A stretch of DNA of 64,000 nucleotides, taken from assembly GCA_973851085.1 (NCBI GenBank), contig OZ316775.1, forward strand, positions 6,696,001 through 6,760,000, given 5' to 3'. The translations under genes and the position numbers were made by a program. Under the pieces are notes generated by a model. The model did no database searches, was not told the DNA's origin, and saw nothing but the letters and a program-made list of their open reading frames with translations. Positions 37,606 to 51,500 of this stretch are shown here, in pieces. The stretch is from Ptychomitrium polyphyllum. Lineage: Eukaryota. Each line of letters opens with the position of its first letter. Position 1 is the stretch's first letter.

Positions 37606-40097
37606 ATGAGATTCATGGGCTGGACGAGAGAGCAGTCCAAGAGTGGGGATGATGAAGGTCGGGAGGTGGCGGAGGATGCGATTCCTGCTGCTCCGAAGCT
37701 GGAGCCCTTCGTAGTGCCAGTGGATTCGGAGCATAAGGCGACGACGCTGCCCCTCTGGACTGCCGGCCAACCCCATATGCGTGCCTTCCATCTCGCATGG
37801 GTTTCTTTCTTCACGTGCTTCGTGTCCACATTCGCCGCGCCACCCTTGATGCCCGTCATCCGCGACAACCTCAATCTCACCAGCGCAGATGTTAGCAACT
37901 CCGGAATTGCCTCCGTGTCAGGTACGAAACTCATTCCTTTTTCTTTCCTGCTTTGATGAGCCTCAACCAACACTCAAAATTGCAACTTACTCTCGAATCA
38001 CAAGTCCATGTATACCCACATATCTGCGTTTCAATTTGAAGGTGAGAAACGCGTGTGTGTGTTTTTGTACAAATCTGCAGTTAGAAATCTCGAGTTCGGT
38101 TTTTGGGCTGTAGCTTGAGGAAATAGTGCCAACGATTGTTTACCTCTGAAGTCTTTGATCTCACAAAACGATGTTAATTACTTAAATTGCCTTGATAAAT
38201 TGGAGCTTAATTGCAAAACCATTATGAACTTTCTGGAGAGTTTTATGATTGTCGCCGTCAAGAGGATAAGTGCTATGGTGTAACTTCTTTACTTTGTTTG
38301 CGATTTCTAAGTTTACGAATCAAGTGGTGATTCAAGTATTCTATGTGCTGATGACAATCGTTGATGTGCCGTGACTGGTTCTAAAGAGGATTACCGGGAC
38401 GTGGTGTTCAGGTACAATCCTTTCTCGGTTGATCATGGGAACGGTTTGCGACCTTGTGGGGCCTCGATATGGTTGCGCTACTCTGATGCTGTTAACAGCT
38501 CCTGCTGTTTTCTTTATGGCGACTGTATCATCTGCGACTGGCTTCGTCTTAACTCGGTTCTTTATTGGTTTCTCGCTTGCCTCGTTTGTGACTTGCCAGT
38601 TCTGGGTGAGCACCATGTTCAGCAGCAAGATTGCGGGTATGGCGAATGGGACGGCCGCTGGGTGGGGTAACCTGGGTGGCGGCGCCACTCAGCTCCTCAT
38701 GCCCCTTATATTTAGTGTAGTTCAGAACAGGTACGTGTAAAGTTTTGACGTTGTGATTGCCTGGATTGAATCAGTATGTGTATAATCATTCAGAAAGCAC
38801 ATTTGGTTGTAATTATGCATCAGGTTTGCATTTCTTCTAGATTGTTAGAGTAGATATTTAGTATCAGCATCAAGAGCACGTGAAAGTTCTGCATGCCTTC
38901 AGACTACAGTATACGGGTTTTATAATTGAATTTCTGAAAAAGCAAATTTCATGTTTTAACCAGGTTGCATTCCACTGCCTTCACCGCTTGGCGGCTAGCC
39001 TTCTTTGTTCCCGGGATGTTGCACATACTTTGTGGCTTTGCCGTGCTGCTTCTTGGGCGAGATTTACCTGATGGAAACTATAGGGTACTTAAAAAGCGTG
39101 GTGTCAAACATCCAGACAAGTTCTCAAGGGTATTAGTTTTTCTCCAGCTTATATTCTCAATTGCGACTAACACAGCTCAAGTGCTACATATTTCACTGTT
39201 AATCGTGGATGTTGTTCAATTGAGAAGTAGATTGAATGTTACGTGCTGGAACAAAGTTTTCATTCAGATAGTACAGCCGATTGAAGTAATACATGTCTTT
39301 TCAAGATACTGAGTTGCTTCACATTCTGTTTCATTCAGGTTTTAAAAACTGCAGTTACAAACTACAGGATGTGGATACTTGCTCTTACATACGGATTTTC
39401 ATTTGGGCTGGAGCTTGCAATAGACAACGTTCTTGCAGAGTACTACCACGATCACTTTGATCTGAACCTCAATCGTGCCGGTATCATCGCTTCAGTCTTC
39501 GGCCTTATGAACATCTTCACTCGTCCATGTGGAGGCATTCTCTCGGACGCCATCTCACAAAGCTTCGGCATGCGAGGGCGTCTTTGGCTCCTCTGGCTCC
39601 TCCAATCTGGCGGCGGCATGTTATGCATTGTGTTAGGCAGTGTCACCACCTTGGCTCCTTCTGTAAGCGTCATGGTCATCTTCTCCATCTTCGTGCAAGC
39701 CGCTTGTGGGGCAACATTCGGCATTGTTCCTTTCATCTCTCGCCGGTCGCTTGGGGTGGTGTCCGGGTTTGTCGGTGCCGGTGGAAGCATAGGAGCCGTC
39801 CTGACGCAGATACTCATTCACAAAGGCGACTCGACGAACCAAGGCTTTGTGCACATTGGTATCATGACAATCTGTTGCACTCTACCACTTTGGTGGGTGC
39901 ATTTTCCTTCTTGGGGTGGCATGATCACGTGCCCCTCCCGGATCACCGAAGAAGATTACTACGGATCGGAGTGGACGGAGTCCGAGAAAGAAACGGGGAT
40001 TCATTTATCTAGTCTGCAGTTTGCAGTGAACTCGACGTCGGAGCGGGGGCGTTGGTTTCCTGTGCAGGAAAGCGTTTCATCTCATGGTGGCTTTTGA
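37606..40097 (+). CDS. NRT2: NRT2-family high-affinity nitrate transporter, 4 exons
   Basis: [74 protein letters not shown]. Exons at 37606-37921, 38412-38730, 38964-39129, 39339-40097. The start could be the ATG at 37615 instead. Confidence 0.94.
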
Positions 40098-42555
40098 AGT
40101 GGGTTGGAATTCCTACGTGGACTCTCAGTTTAATATCTTCTTTTGCCAAGGCATACCATCAAATCTCTCGCTAAGGTACTGTTTTACTTTGATTTATTTA
40201 TGAAGGTAATGTCCGTTCACATACCCATCTCCAGAGAATGCACGTTTACAAGTCTCTGTTCAGACGTACAGGCTTGATAAAACATGATATAGAGCCAGAA
40301 AATATGCATACAATGGAGTCATCAGTTGCCAATTACACAACAAGATTGTGCGAATGTAGCAAGATTCTTGGTATTCTGGCAGTAGGTATGATTTCCCCGA
40401 AGTTGCTTTTCAACATTTCTGGGGTTTTTTGCGGAACTTGCCATTAACAATTTTGCACAAAGGAAATATAGATTAATGAAAGGTACATCGATTGACTCTT
40501 AAAGTTGTCTCGAAGAGTAGTATTCAGTAACTGCTTATTCAACAATTTACAGCAAAGTAGAGCATGTAGCCAGAATTGAGGACATGCTACTGCTTAGTTG
40601 CAGCTTTGGGTACTGCAGTAGCGGCAGTTCTATTATCAAATTCGCGTGTTTTGTCATCGCCTTCCTTTCAAAGGATTATAGTGACATACATTCTCACAAT
40701 CTTCTTGCATGATTGTCAACTCCCAACTGCTTCGTGTTCCTAGTATTGCAAATTTGAGAAAATGCATTGATATCTCCCTCCAGCATTTGATAATGATCTA
40801 CCTGTAAGGAAATCTTAAAAGAAACTGAGGGTTGTAGTAAAGGTGCCCCAAAACAGCCCAACTGCGTAGTTGCACTAGGTTTTTATCTGAGTGCAGAAAC
40901 ATGGGTTGATGGTGACGAGCACACAACTATGACCAATTGCATGCCTATCAGAGGCATAAACCTTCAAGAGCACTAAAAAATTCTATCTCATGATAGAACT
41001 GAGTCAACAAAGCTGCCGGCTCACATAACTTACTCGGACGGTCGCCTAGCACTGACCATCAAAAAAGGTAACTTTTGTATCATCTGAGTCGTGCACCCAT
41101 GAGTTCCGCCAGAGCTGGTGGAAACATATACAACATAGGACACCCACTCCTCACATTCTCCACTGCACTGTACACAACACACAACACTTGCTGAAATCTT
41201 CTCAAGCGCCGTGCATCACAGCTCCGTACCAGCACCCCTTTCAAAACTCAGTCAAAAACCCCACTCGTATCACAGTCATCTGTAAAACTCGTCCGCTTTG
41301 ACGTAGCAAGTGGACGCGTGACCCAAGGTACATGCATTGACAAAAATGCGAGCCAACCAAGCGGGTGAAACTCTATGACACTGAAGTACGTGCTGCAATT
41401 ATAAACACAAACGACGTGAAGAAAGAGCTGAGGTTTTGGCTGAGGAAATGGTTAGAAATCTTTCCTCCCGAGTGAAGATCACAACCAAATCATCAAGTGC
41501 ACACGTCGAGAAACTGCCAACTGATCAAGACAAGACTAGCCTTTCGTCCGAAACGAGAACCGAACCTCGTCACCTGGGGAGCAACAAATGGCGATCCTCC
41601 ATTCGACACACATTGGAACCAAGGAAATTTGAACACAACAAATGCCAGCACCAAATGCAGAGTGGCAGCGACACAGGTGGCTGTCATGGCTCCAGCCCCT
41701 CCCGCGACGCCCAGGGGAACACGCTCCCCACATGGCGGGACCACGCGGCATGCGAAACGCGCACCCAAAGCCGACATCATCTAGGCCTTCCGCACATCGC
41801 AAGAGTCGAAATGTAAAAAGAGCATAGATCGGGAGGCCTGGGTAGCGTGCAGTAGGCGCGCGAGAGGCCACAGACGGAGCACGCAACGCCAGAGCCATCC
41901 TCGCACGCCGGCGGCGTCACCCCACCGATCCTCCGCGCAAGCTTTTCACCGTCGGGCTCTCTCGTGCGGGAATGCTCTGATTTTCGCCAAACGAGCCCGC
42001 TGTCGCCGTTTTCGGTGCGTGAATGGTGCTGCTATTCGTTGGCATCCTTTTTTTCAGTTGGGTGATTTCAGTTTCGGGCTCCGGTCCAGAGTCCTCTCTG
42101 TGCACGTGGGTGTGCCATGTTTGTGTGGAGTTCATCTTTGTCCGGGGTGAGGTGCTGGTTGCTCCGAGAAAGATCGTTGCAGTTGTGGAATGGATGGATG
42201 GATGGATGAGTGAGTGAGTGAGTGAGTGAGCATGGTGGTGGTGATGGTGAATTGCTACAACGGGGATGCGATGTGAGGGCGGGAGGGCAGTTGAGACGCT
42301 GCATCGGGAGATGTTCATTTTGGTGTGTTGTGGTTTGGTGAGGGAAGGTGATTGAAGGTAGTTGGTGGATGTGGAAATTCTTTGTAGATTTGTGTGGCGT
42401 TTGGAAGATCGAAGGGGAGTTCGTGAAGGTGGGCGAGGCGGAGGTGCGGAATTGGGGATGGAGAACAGGGAGGCGAGAGTTGGGGGATAGTTATATTAGG
42501 GCTTAGGACGCCAGCGTGCGAAGTTTGGAAGTTGGAGAGCTGGATAATTGCAGCT

Positions 42556-45500
42556 ATGGGGAAGGCCGGCTGGTTTGCGTGTGGTCTTCTTCTCGTCCAG
42601 GTATGTCGATGGCGAGTCCATGATTTTTACTTCTTCTTTTGGTTGCTGCAATGGCTGGTACTCTGCACAAGGAAAATCACGCCGAGAGAATTTTCTTTGT
42701 CTTGAGAATATAGCTCAATTAGCTTTCGGTTGATCGCGAGGTTGTTAGTCGATCGACGTAGATTGGAGTGATTGCCGTAGCGACCTGCATTGGACCAGTG
42801 CGCTGCCAGGTGTGATTCTTGCAATCTGCAATATTTGATAATATTGTATATGGATTTGAAAGATTACAGTATACCAAGATTGTAAAGAAAGGACAGATTT
42901 GCTTGTTTCAAACTTCTGTCGTTCTCGTATTTTAGTGTCCATCACGATTATGCGCAGTTTGGAATTTTGAACTGCGTCCCGTTGCGTCGGAGCTGAATTA
43001 ACAGGATATTCGATATTCTGGATATGGATAGAATTGCATACTCTGAAGGGTTTTACAGTTCCACTGAATTATGCTAAAATTCTTTCTTCCTTGTTCCTGG
43101 AACTTATACATGTTCCTTATATCCCGTTATTCACCTTCTTGGTAAGTTATGGCGTTGATGAGCTAAGGACACTGGTGTTCTGAGTTTGGCTTCCAAGGAA
43201 CGGACTTAGGATCTATGAAACCCCTGTAGAGGTGTTTCGAAAACTCTGTACAACGCTCGCTACTGAGGATATTGTAGTGGACATGCTTTTTTTGACCTGA
43301 ACCTTAAAGCGCACTTCTTTAGAGTTGTAGTATGAGTTTTTACTCAGTTTGATGTTTCATTAACTTTTATAAAAAATGAGATAGTGCTTTATATGTCCCA
43401 ACCACTTGGATTAGAATTTTTTTGGATGATTGATTTACTTCATTTTTCTTATAAATGTTTATCTTCTATCCTCAGAAGTATCAATGCACCCTGTCATTGG
43501 CCAAGGTGGTATCAAAGGAAGTACTTGTTTGGTTAATGTGGCCCATAACTTGATGTAAAACTCAGAAACTTTGATGGTTGTATTAACGCAAAACATAGTA
43601 TTATAGTTCTTTTGGAATTGGTTGTATTGCAGGCTGCAATTTCAGCTTTGGGATTTGAATCAATAGTTTCTACTACAGAACGCCCACTTTTGTAAGTAAT
43701 TATGTTATCATATGCTTTCCTCCTAATCCCTTTTTTCAAGTTCATTGGTGTTGATAGTTTTGAAAGCAAAACGGCTCACTTGTCCTATGCTGTGCAACCG
43801 ACGCGAATCTGCAGAGAGTCGAGGCATGGAAGGAATACGTGTGCGATGTATGATCTTTGTGGATATCGACCAGACGGGAAAGAATTGAATTGCCCAGACC
43901 CTTCTCCGGCAGTCACTGTAAGAATTTAGATTCCCCTTATCAGATTTCATTTGAGTGACAGTAGATTAACTGAAGATTATAACTCTGAGATTTCATGACT
44001 TGCGTGTTGGTCTATTGATGCCCGTGCGAGAAAAAGGCTGGTTTTTTATTTTATAGCTCTGCAGTTATCTGTCATTTGAGTGACATAAGATTCTGAGCTT
44101 CACCTCACATGAGTTTCGTTACCTTCAAAGACACATGTTTGGAAACTGGGTCTCAATAAAAAGAACGTATTCTCTTTTCAGCCAGATGAGGCGTTTTCGC
44201 TCAAGGTTCAGAGCCTGTGTCCTATGCTCACTGGCGATGTGTGTTGTACACAAACTCAATTCGACCTCTTGCGGGCTCAAGTTCAGCAGGTCTGTCTCTG
44301 TTCTTACCCTCTCGAACACAACACTTCCTCATAGATTCTGGAGTTGTGCATGTCTTTTTTTTACAGGATGAGCAAGATCTGATAAATTTATTGGGAGTTA
44401 TGATACTTTGGGTGTACCTTTTGCTTGTTGATGTTGAATTTTTTCTTGATACTGAAACTAGATATGTTGCCCCTACCTTTCTTTGCAGGCTGTTCCCTTT
44501 CTTACTGGTTGTCCTGCATGCTTGCGGAATTTCCTCAACCTTTTCTGTGAGCTTGCGTGCTCCTCCGACCAAGGCCTTTTTATCAATGTAACCGCCGTCG
44601 AAGGAGTGAGTCTTGTTCCTCACCCCTATATTCATACTTAATTATGGTTTGTTTTCTACATAATTTAAATCACGATTCTCAATACGACATGTCGAAGTGT
44701 TTGTTGTAGTAGACTATTGCTGAATAAAGACTGCTCTTAGAATATTCTGGTCCAAATTATTCCATTATTGACGCTAACTTTAATGCCGTGTGTTGATTTC
44801 CTTGGTACAGAAGCATATGAAAAGAACAGTTGCTGCTGTTGACTTCTTTGTGACTGAGGAGTATGGTCAACGATTTTACGACTCCTGCAAAGATGTTAAA
44901 TTTGCTGCCATGAACACTCGTGCCATGGATTTTATTGGAGGGGGTGCGAGAAATTACACAGGTATATTGCAGTCCTTTCATTATTGTTTGAGGCAGCTTG
45001 GTTTGTGCCTTTTGTCTACTCTCTGATTCTATAACTGTGTTGATGCGTTCAGAGTGGTTTAAATTCATGGGCAGAGAGGCCGGTCCTTATGAGCCAGGGT
45101 CCCCCTTTGCGATCAATTTTCGCACGGATATCAATGAGGCACCTGGTGTGCAGCCTCTCAATTCTTCTGTCGCTGCTTGCTCCGACCCTTCCCTTGCATG
45201 TTCATGTGGAGACTGTCCTGGAGCCAGCAGTTGTGCCGAGCCAAAGCCGCCTGCTCCGCCTCAGTATAGAGAGTGTTCTGTACAAATTGCTGGATATCAG
45301 GTACTTGTGTATTTTATGCACGCTCAAACATGTGAACATTTTTGTTTTGGTGGTGATTTATGATTACTTCGAGTTTACCTTTGAGATATATGATTTATGA
45401 TTACTTCAAGTAGTTTTGGTAGTGATTTATGATTACTTGGCAAGCCTCACAGAGTGTTCGAGATATAATTGTTTGTGATGGCAAAGTCCTTATAGGATCT

Positions 45501-48500
45501 GCGTGCATTTTCTGCTAACTTCCAAATTTTAAGCATCAGTTTTTGGTGATGCATTGTTGCCCACTTACGTTTAACTCTGGTACGATGTTCAGGTTGCCTG
45601 TTTGACCGTAACCATGCTCACACTGTACGCATGTCTTCTGTTCATCATATTTGGCTGGTGGTGGACTTTCCATGCGCCGGAGGATGAAGGGAGCTTTGAA
45701 GAGCCCCTCTTACAGAATCGTGAAGATAATGAGTTAGAGCGACCTGACCCAGATGGTGAAATTCTTCCAGCTGAAATACAGGTCGACCCATTCTCGTTTT
45801 TGTGATTTCATTCTGATTTTTGTCATAGCAGCTTCCGTTCATTTTAGATTGTACTTGTGATTGCTGTGTGTAAGTCGCGTCTCTGTTGAATGAGATTTTT
45901 TTTGTGAATCGTATTTACAGGAAAATGGAGTTTCTCCTCGGCCCAAGAATACAGCAGGAGCACCATTTATGGAAGCCTTTCTGTCTGATAGATTCAGGTG
46001 CTCCGAAACTCTTTGGCAGTTCCAGATCCTTTTGAAGTATCTCCAGTTTATTTTAGGAAGCTTCTTACCATTTTTTGACAGTTACTAGGAGTACTGCATT
46101 ATGAAGCGAAATTGTGTGGGTACATGCAGAACACATGGAGAATGGGTTGCTCACAATGCGAGGAAGGTCTTGGCAGCGGCTCTTGTTATAACCGTAATCC
46201 TGTGTCTTGGGTTGATCCGTCTCAACGTTGAGACGCGCCCTGAAAAGGTACTTAACGATATCATCTTTAAATTAACATGTGAAATTAACTTAGGTGTTCT
46301 TTTAGTAGGGTTTTCAGAAGAATCAGTTTACAAAAGTCTGTTGTTTTGCAGCTTTGGGTAAGTCCTGGGAGTAAAGCGTTGGCAGAGAAAGAGTTCTTTG
46401 ACAGTCACTTAGCGCCCTTCTATAGGATTGAGCAGGTATGAGGCTTTCTTGTCCTACAATTTTATTACGACGTTATACAGATTTGACTGTCGTTTTCTAA
46501 AGCATTGTATAGTTTCAGGTTCTAATGTACACAAATTGCTTTACCTACAGGTATTTGTTTTCAGAAAATTTTATTTCCGTTCTCTGGAATATATCTGTAG
46601 CCAAACATATTGTAATTTGATGGAGCTGGTTGGGCTCGTTTGATTGGTTGTATTGCACTCTAATTATTTAAAGACAGGATTGCCTTCTGATGATGGAATT
46701 CAAATCTATATTATTTTAATTCGACCATTTGCGGCGGTTAACCGACCAATCTGATAATTTTGGTGTGCAGCTCATTCTAGCAACTGTTCCAGCCAATAAG
46801 AATTCACCAGCGCCAAAAATTGTGACTGACGAAAATTTACAGCTCCTTTTTGACATTCAAGAGAAGGTATGGCGGGGACAGTTCTTTTATTTTTTCTGGC
46901 TTTCTGTAATCATGTTTTACTTTCTTTGTCAATCACGCACAGGCTATCAACACCTTAAGATAGCAATGGTTAGATTTTTTTGGGAACCTTCAATATATTG
47001 CTCAATTGTTTGACTGAAAAATTTAAGACTTCCACGCCAGCTTTGATTGAGCCGTATAATTTAATGCCACGTTGAACTATTTGTTTTGAACGTGAAGCTC
47101 TCTTAATATATCGGGACGCTTGTTTCATGTCCTTGTGTGCAGGTTGACAGTGTGCGGGGAAATTATTCTGGCAAATTGATTTCTCTTCAGGATATCTGTC
47201 TGAAGCCTTTAGGAACTCCATGCGCAAGTCAAAGTATTCTACAGGTCTGAATCTCTCTGTTTGTTCTCAGGTTCATGCATCTTTCTGCCATCGTGTGCAT
47301 TGTTTTCCAAAAATTAATCCACTATTGGTTCTATTGCTATATGTGAAGTACTTCAAAATGGATTCCGACTTGTTTGAAGATTATGAAGGTGCCTCTCATG
47401 CAAAGTTCTGTTTTGAGGTAGCGTATTTTCAGAACCCTACAATCGCTTATTTACTCCCTGTATACCTACTTAGATCGTGTAGGATGCAGATTATAGGATC
47501 TTCTGTTTACATCAATAAGTCCCTTAATATTGATGGTGAATTGCAATATAATGCAAAAGCATGTATTCACTTGGTCTGACTCTTGTTACAGCATTATTCG
47601 TCATCGGAGGCCTGCCTCAGTGCTTTCGGTGGACCAGTGGATCCTACCACTATTTTGGGCGGTTTTTCAGGGAACAACTATACCCAGGTCATTTTTTTAA
47701 TGTCTCTGCTTGTGATGTACGTGTTACCTGGTATTGCCTCCATTGAGAGAACATGTCAATTTCGCAACTTGCTGATTATGATGAAATCAGTGACCACTGG
47801 TATATTTCAGATCTATATACTGATGGTTTCATTTGCAAATTGCTTCAGTTATCATCTTGCTGCTTCAGGTCTAACTGTCATGTCTTGTGTTCCATACAGG
47901 CGACGGCTTTGGTGGTAACTTACCCAGTTGTAAACGCAGTTTCAGAGGACGGGAATGCTGCTGCTATAGCCTGGGAACAGGAATTTATCCGTCTTGTGAA
48001 GGTACTTGTTTGTGTTCTTCTTTCTTGGATGTGAAACTGATTTATGTGGACTGTCTATTGATGAACGTGAGTTGCTTGTGCAGAGAATGTTGTAAATAAT
48101 CATTAAACCATAAAGCATAGGGTATTATTGATTGTTCGTAACGAGGTATTTATTTGCGTGGTTTTTTGTTGATTTTGTACATCGTACCAAATTCCAAAAG
48201 GTCTAAAACATACTTTGGTTGTACAGGGAGAGCTAGTAGGAATGGCCGCGGCCTCCGGTTTAACACTTTCTTATTCATCTGAAAGTTCTGTCGAGGCAGA
48301 GCTGCAAAGAGAAAGTACCGCTGATGTTTTGACGATTGCAGTAAGTTGGCCCTAGCAATTTACTCCATGTCAGGTTACCTGCACGTCTATGCACATTCAT
48401 ATGGCTGGACTGTTTCTTGTCAGTTCTTATTTCAGTGTTATTGTCCTTGATGAGCATGAACTTTACGGTTGATACAAATTCTAGGTTCTGATCTTGTACC

Positions 48501-51500
48501 ACATATGCCTTCTATTGCTTCACTGTAATACTTCATTATTCCTGCGTTATTTTCACCGGGTTGTCGCAGATATTGCCATAGTATTGATGACGTTTATATT
48601 ATGTGGGTTTGTGAAATATATAAATTTTATTTTGGCGTATGTGTTCCCGTGGTTGACAGATAAGCTACCTTGTAATGTTTGTATACATTTCCATCACATT
48701 GGGAGATTACACTCCTTCGGTTGCTCCATTTTATGTGACTTCAAAGGTAAATTTGCTTTCACCCACGTAAGAGGTCCTCAATCATATAAATGTCTGCGCT
48801 TGTTGTAGGGTTTTCATTAAATCTAAAATGTGACCTTTTATTGTTCATTGTTAGAGAAACTATATTCCGTTAATTTTCTGTTATGTGCTACTTAATCAAT
48901 GCTGTTGTGAGCAAAATGTTTTCTCAAGGATGCCAGGATGTGATTCATGTTATTTAGTGGCGCTAAGGTCGTACCAGTCTAGGTGGAAACATCTGAGCAG
49001 ATTTTCATGGTAAGAACATATATCTTAACTGCACGCCACTACTGGGTTTCTTTGCAGGTACTACTAGGATTGTCTGGAGTGCTGATTGTGGCTTTCTCAG
49101 TTCTTGGATCTATGGGTCTCTGCAGCGTGTTTGGAGTGAAGTCAACACTCATCATTGTGGAAGTTATTCCGTTTCTTGTTCTTGCGGTATGTAACTACTG
49201 CTTCCTTTGCTTGATGATTCATATGTATGGATGTGTATAATCATAGCCTTTCTTTCGGTGGGTTTTGGACGAGGAAGCTGCCTATGTTGTGTGATGGTCC
49301 AGAGAATCGAAAGATTTTCACGCATTCTAGGGGTATATTTTGCAATTGATTGTAATTGATTTACATTTCTCCTGTAACGGCAGGTTGGTGTGGACAATAT
49401 GTGCATTTTAGTAAATGCTTTGAAACGCCAAGACCTAAACTTAAACCTGGAGGCTCGTGTAGGGCTTGCCCTAGCGGAAGTGGGTCCTTCTATTACTCTT
49501 GCCAGCTTAGCTGAGGTTCTGGCTTTCGCTGTGGGATCATTCACGCCGATGCCTGCTTGCAGAGTCTTCTCCCTCTTTGCTGGTACTTCTGATGTTATTT
49601 TCTCAGATCTTTGAATCACGCTTTGTAGACCACTATATATTTCAGAGTTTCCTGCCATCAGTTGTTTCTATGCATTAAACGCAGCATCTTGATTTTGTTT
49701 AGTTTATATTTTTAAGTGCGAAATGGAGTCTGCAAGTGACTCACCTTGATAAAACTTAAGATTCTGGTGTCATGAGCTGGTCCCAAATAGTTATGTGTTA
49801 CTGTGTAGCATGTTGTGTATGCTTTTCACTGATAGTAATCTTGATTTGCAGCGGTAGCGGTGTTTCTGGATTACCTCCTTCAAATCACTGCCTTTGTGGC
49901 TCTCCTCACGCTTGACTTCCGCCGGAGTGAAAGTGGCCATGTGGATTGCATTCCTTGTCTTTCTGCTGGAAAAGAAGAAATCGATGACAGTCCATTGGGT
50001 AAGAATCTTTGGCAGTGGGGCAGCCAATCAGAATAGACCAGTATGATTTTTATTCAGAATGTTGTAGTAGTTACTCAAATTTCTATTATATAAACCAAAT
50101 TTCATAGAAATGCTCAATGCTCAAGAAATGGTTTACCATAATTATGCTTTATTATTCATACTTGTCTCGATGAATAGTTGAGAGAATTCTGAGAGTGTAG
50201 TTATTCTGTGTATCAGGGTCAGGAAGAAGACAACAGCGTGAGCCTGGCTTTCTTCTTAACTACATGAAGGTACTGGGTTCAGAAAGATACAGTTCTCGGT
50301 AATTCGATATTTGTTCTTCGTACCCTTTCCCTTGTGACCCTCATGCTACTATCGTTAGGGCATACATGGAAGTGATGCGAGACCACTGCAAACGTGCATG
50401 TATGTACTATTCCTAGTATTCTGATTTTCATAAGTGTCGTTATTAAATAATTTGTGTTGTAACTTGCAGAATTATCACGCTCCATTCTTGAGGATTCCAG
50501 CAGTGAAAGCCTTTGTGGTGGCAACCTTCTTTGGCTTGTTGTTCACTAGCGTTGTAAGTTGTTGCGCTTATTAATGTGTTCTTGTGTAGGTCAGGCATAC
50601 TATAAACAGTTTCACTTGTATCGTGGAAAGCTACTTGATCCTGTTCTGCTTCTGGTCTTGGCTGCAGGCAATTATACCGAACATCTCAGTCGGTTTGAAT
50701 CAGAAGATTGTTTTGCCACGTGACTCGTATCTCCAGGTGTGTCAATGATCGTTTACGTTTTTTATTATCTTACATGGGAGGTTGCTTGAGGTTATGATCA
50801 TAACAGCATAGCACTGCATGTAAACTGTTCCTTCAAAGCATTTTCAATTTACCTTTTCAGTGCAACTGAAGCGCGGCTATTGTTTCTCAGGGTTATTTTG
50901 ACAATATAACTGATTATCTTCGGGTTGGGCCACCTGTATACTTTGTTGTCAAGGACTACAACTACAGGTTCTTGGGATTCATCTCCATGGTTTCTCTTGA
51001 CGTTTCTATTTCTAAATTTCATCACATTATTTACAAAGTCGTAAGGGTCAGCTTGCTATATGGTATTTACGAATATGGAATGTGATTAGGCTGTTTACGA
51101 CAATGTGGACGTAAAGGTAAATTGAGTGCATTACTACAATCTGTGTGAAGGCCTCTTACACGTTTTTCTGTTTTCTGTAGCATTGGGAGCAACCACACAA
51201 ATAAGTTGTGCTCCATTAGTCAATGTGATCCGAATTCCTTGCTTAATGAGGTATTTATGATGAATTTGATGCATGAAGTGAATTGTGACATGTTGGACTA
51301 TTACAATGCAGGTACATAATATCCTCATTTTATAGTCAGGCAAGCTTATGTGCTACTGTACTTTTATTCAATAAACGAATTGTTTATTGTTTACAGATCT
51401 CAAGAGCTGCCTTGTCACCTAAAACTAGTTTCATTTCTCGACCCGCTGCATCGTGGTTGGACGATTTCCTAGTATGGCTATCACCAAACGCCTTTGGTTG

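Noticed and set aside
37578..39854. Antisense ORFs over NRT2, MADS and NPC1 exons
   Set aside because: Shadow frames of real coding exons
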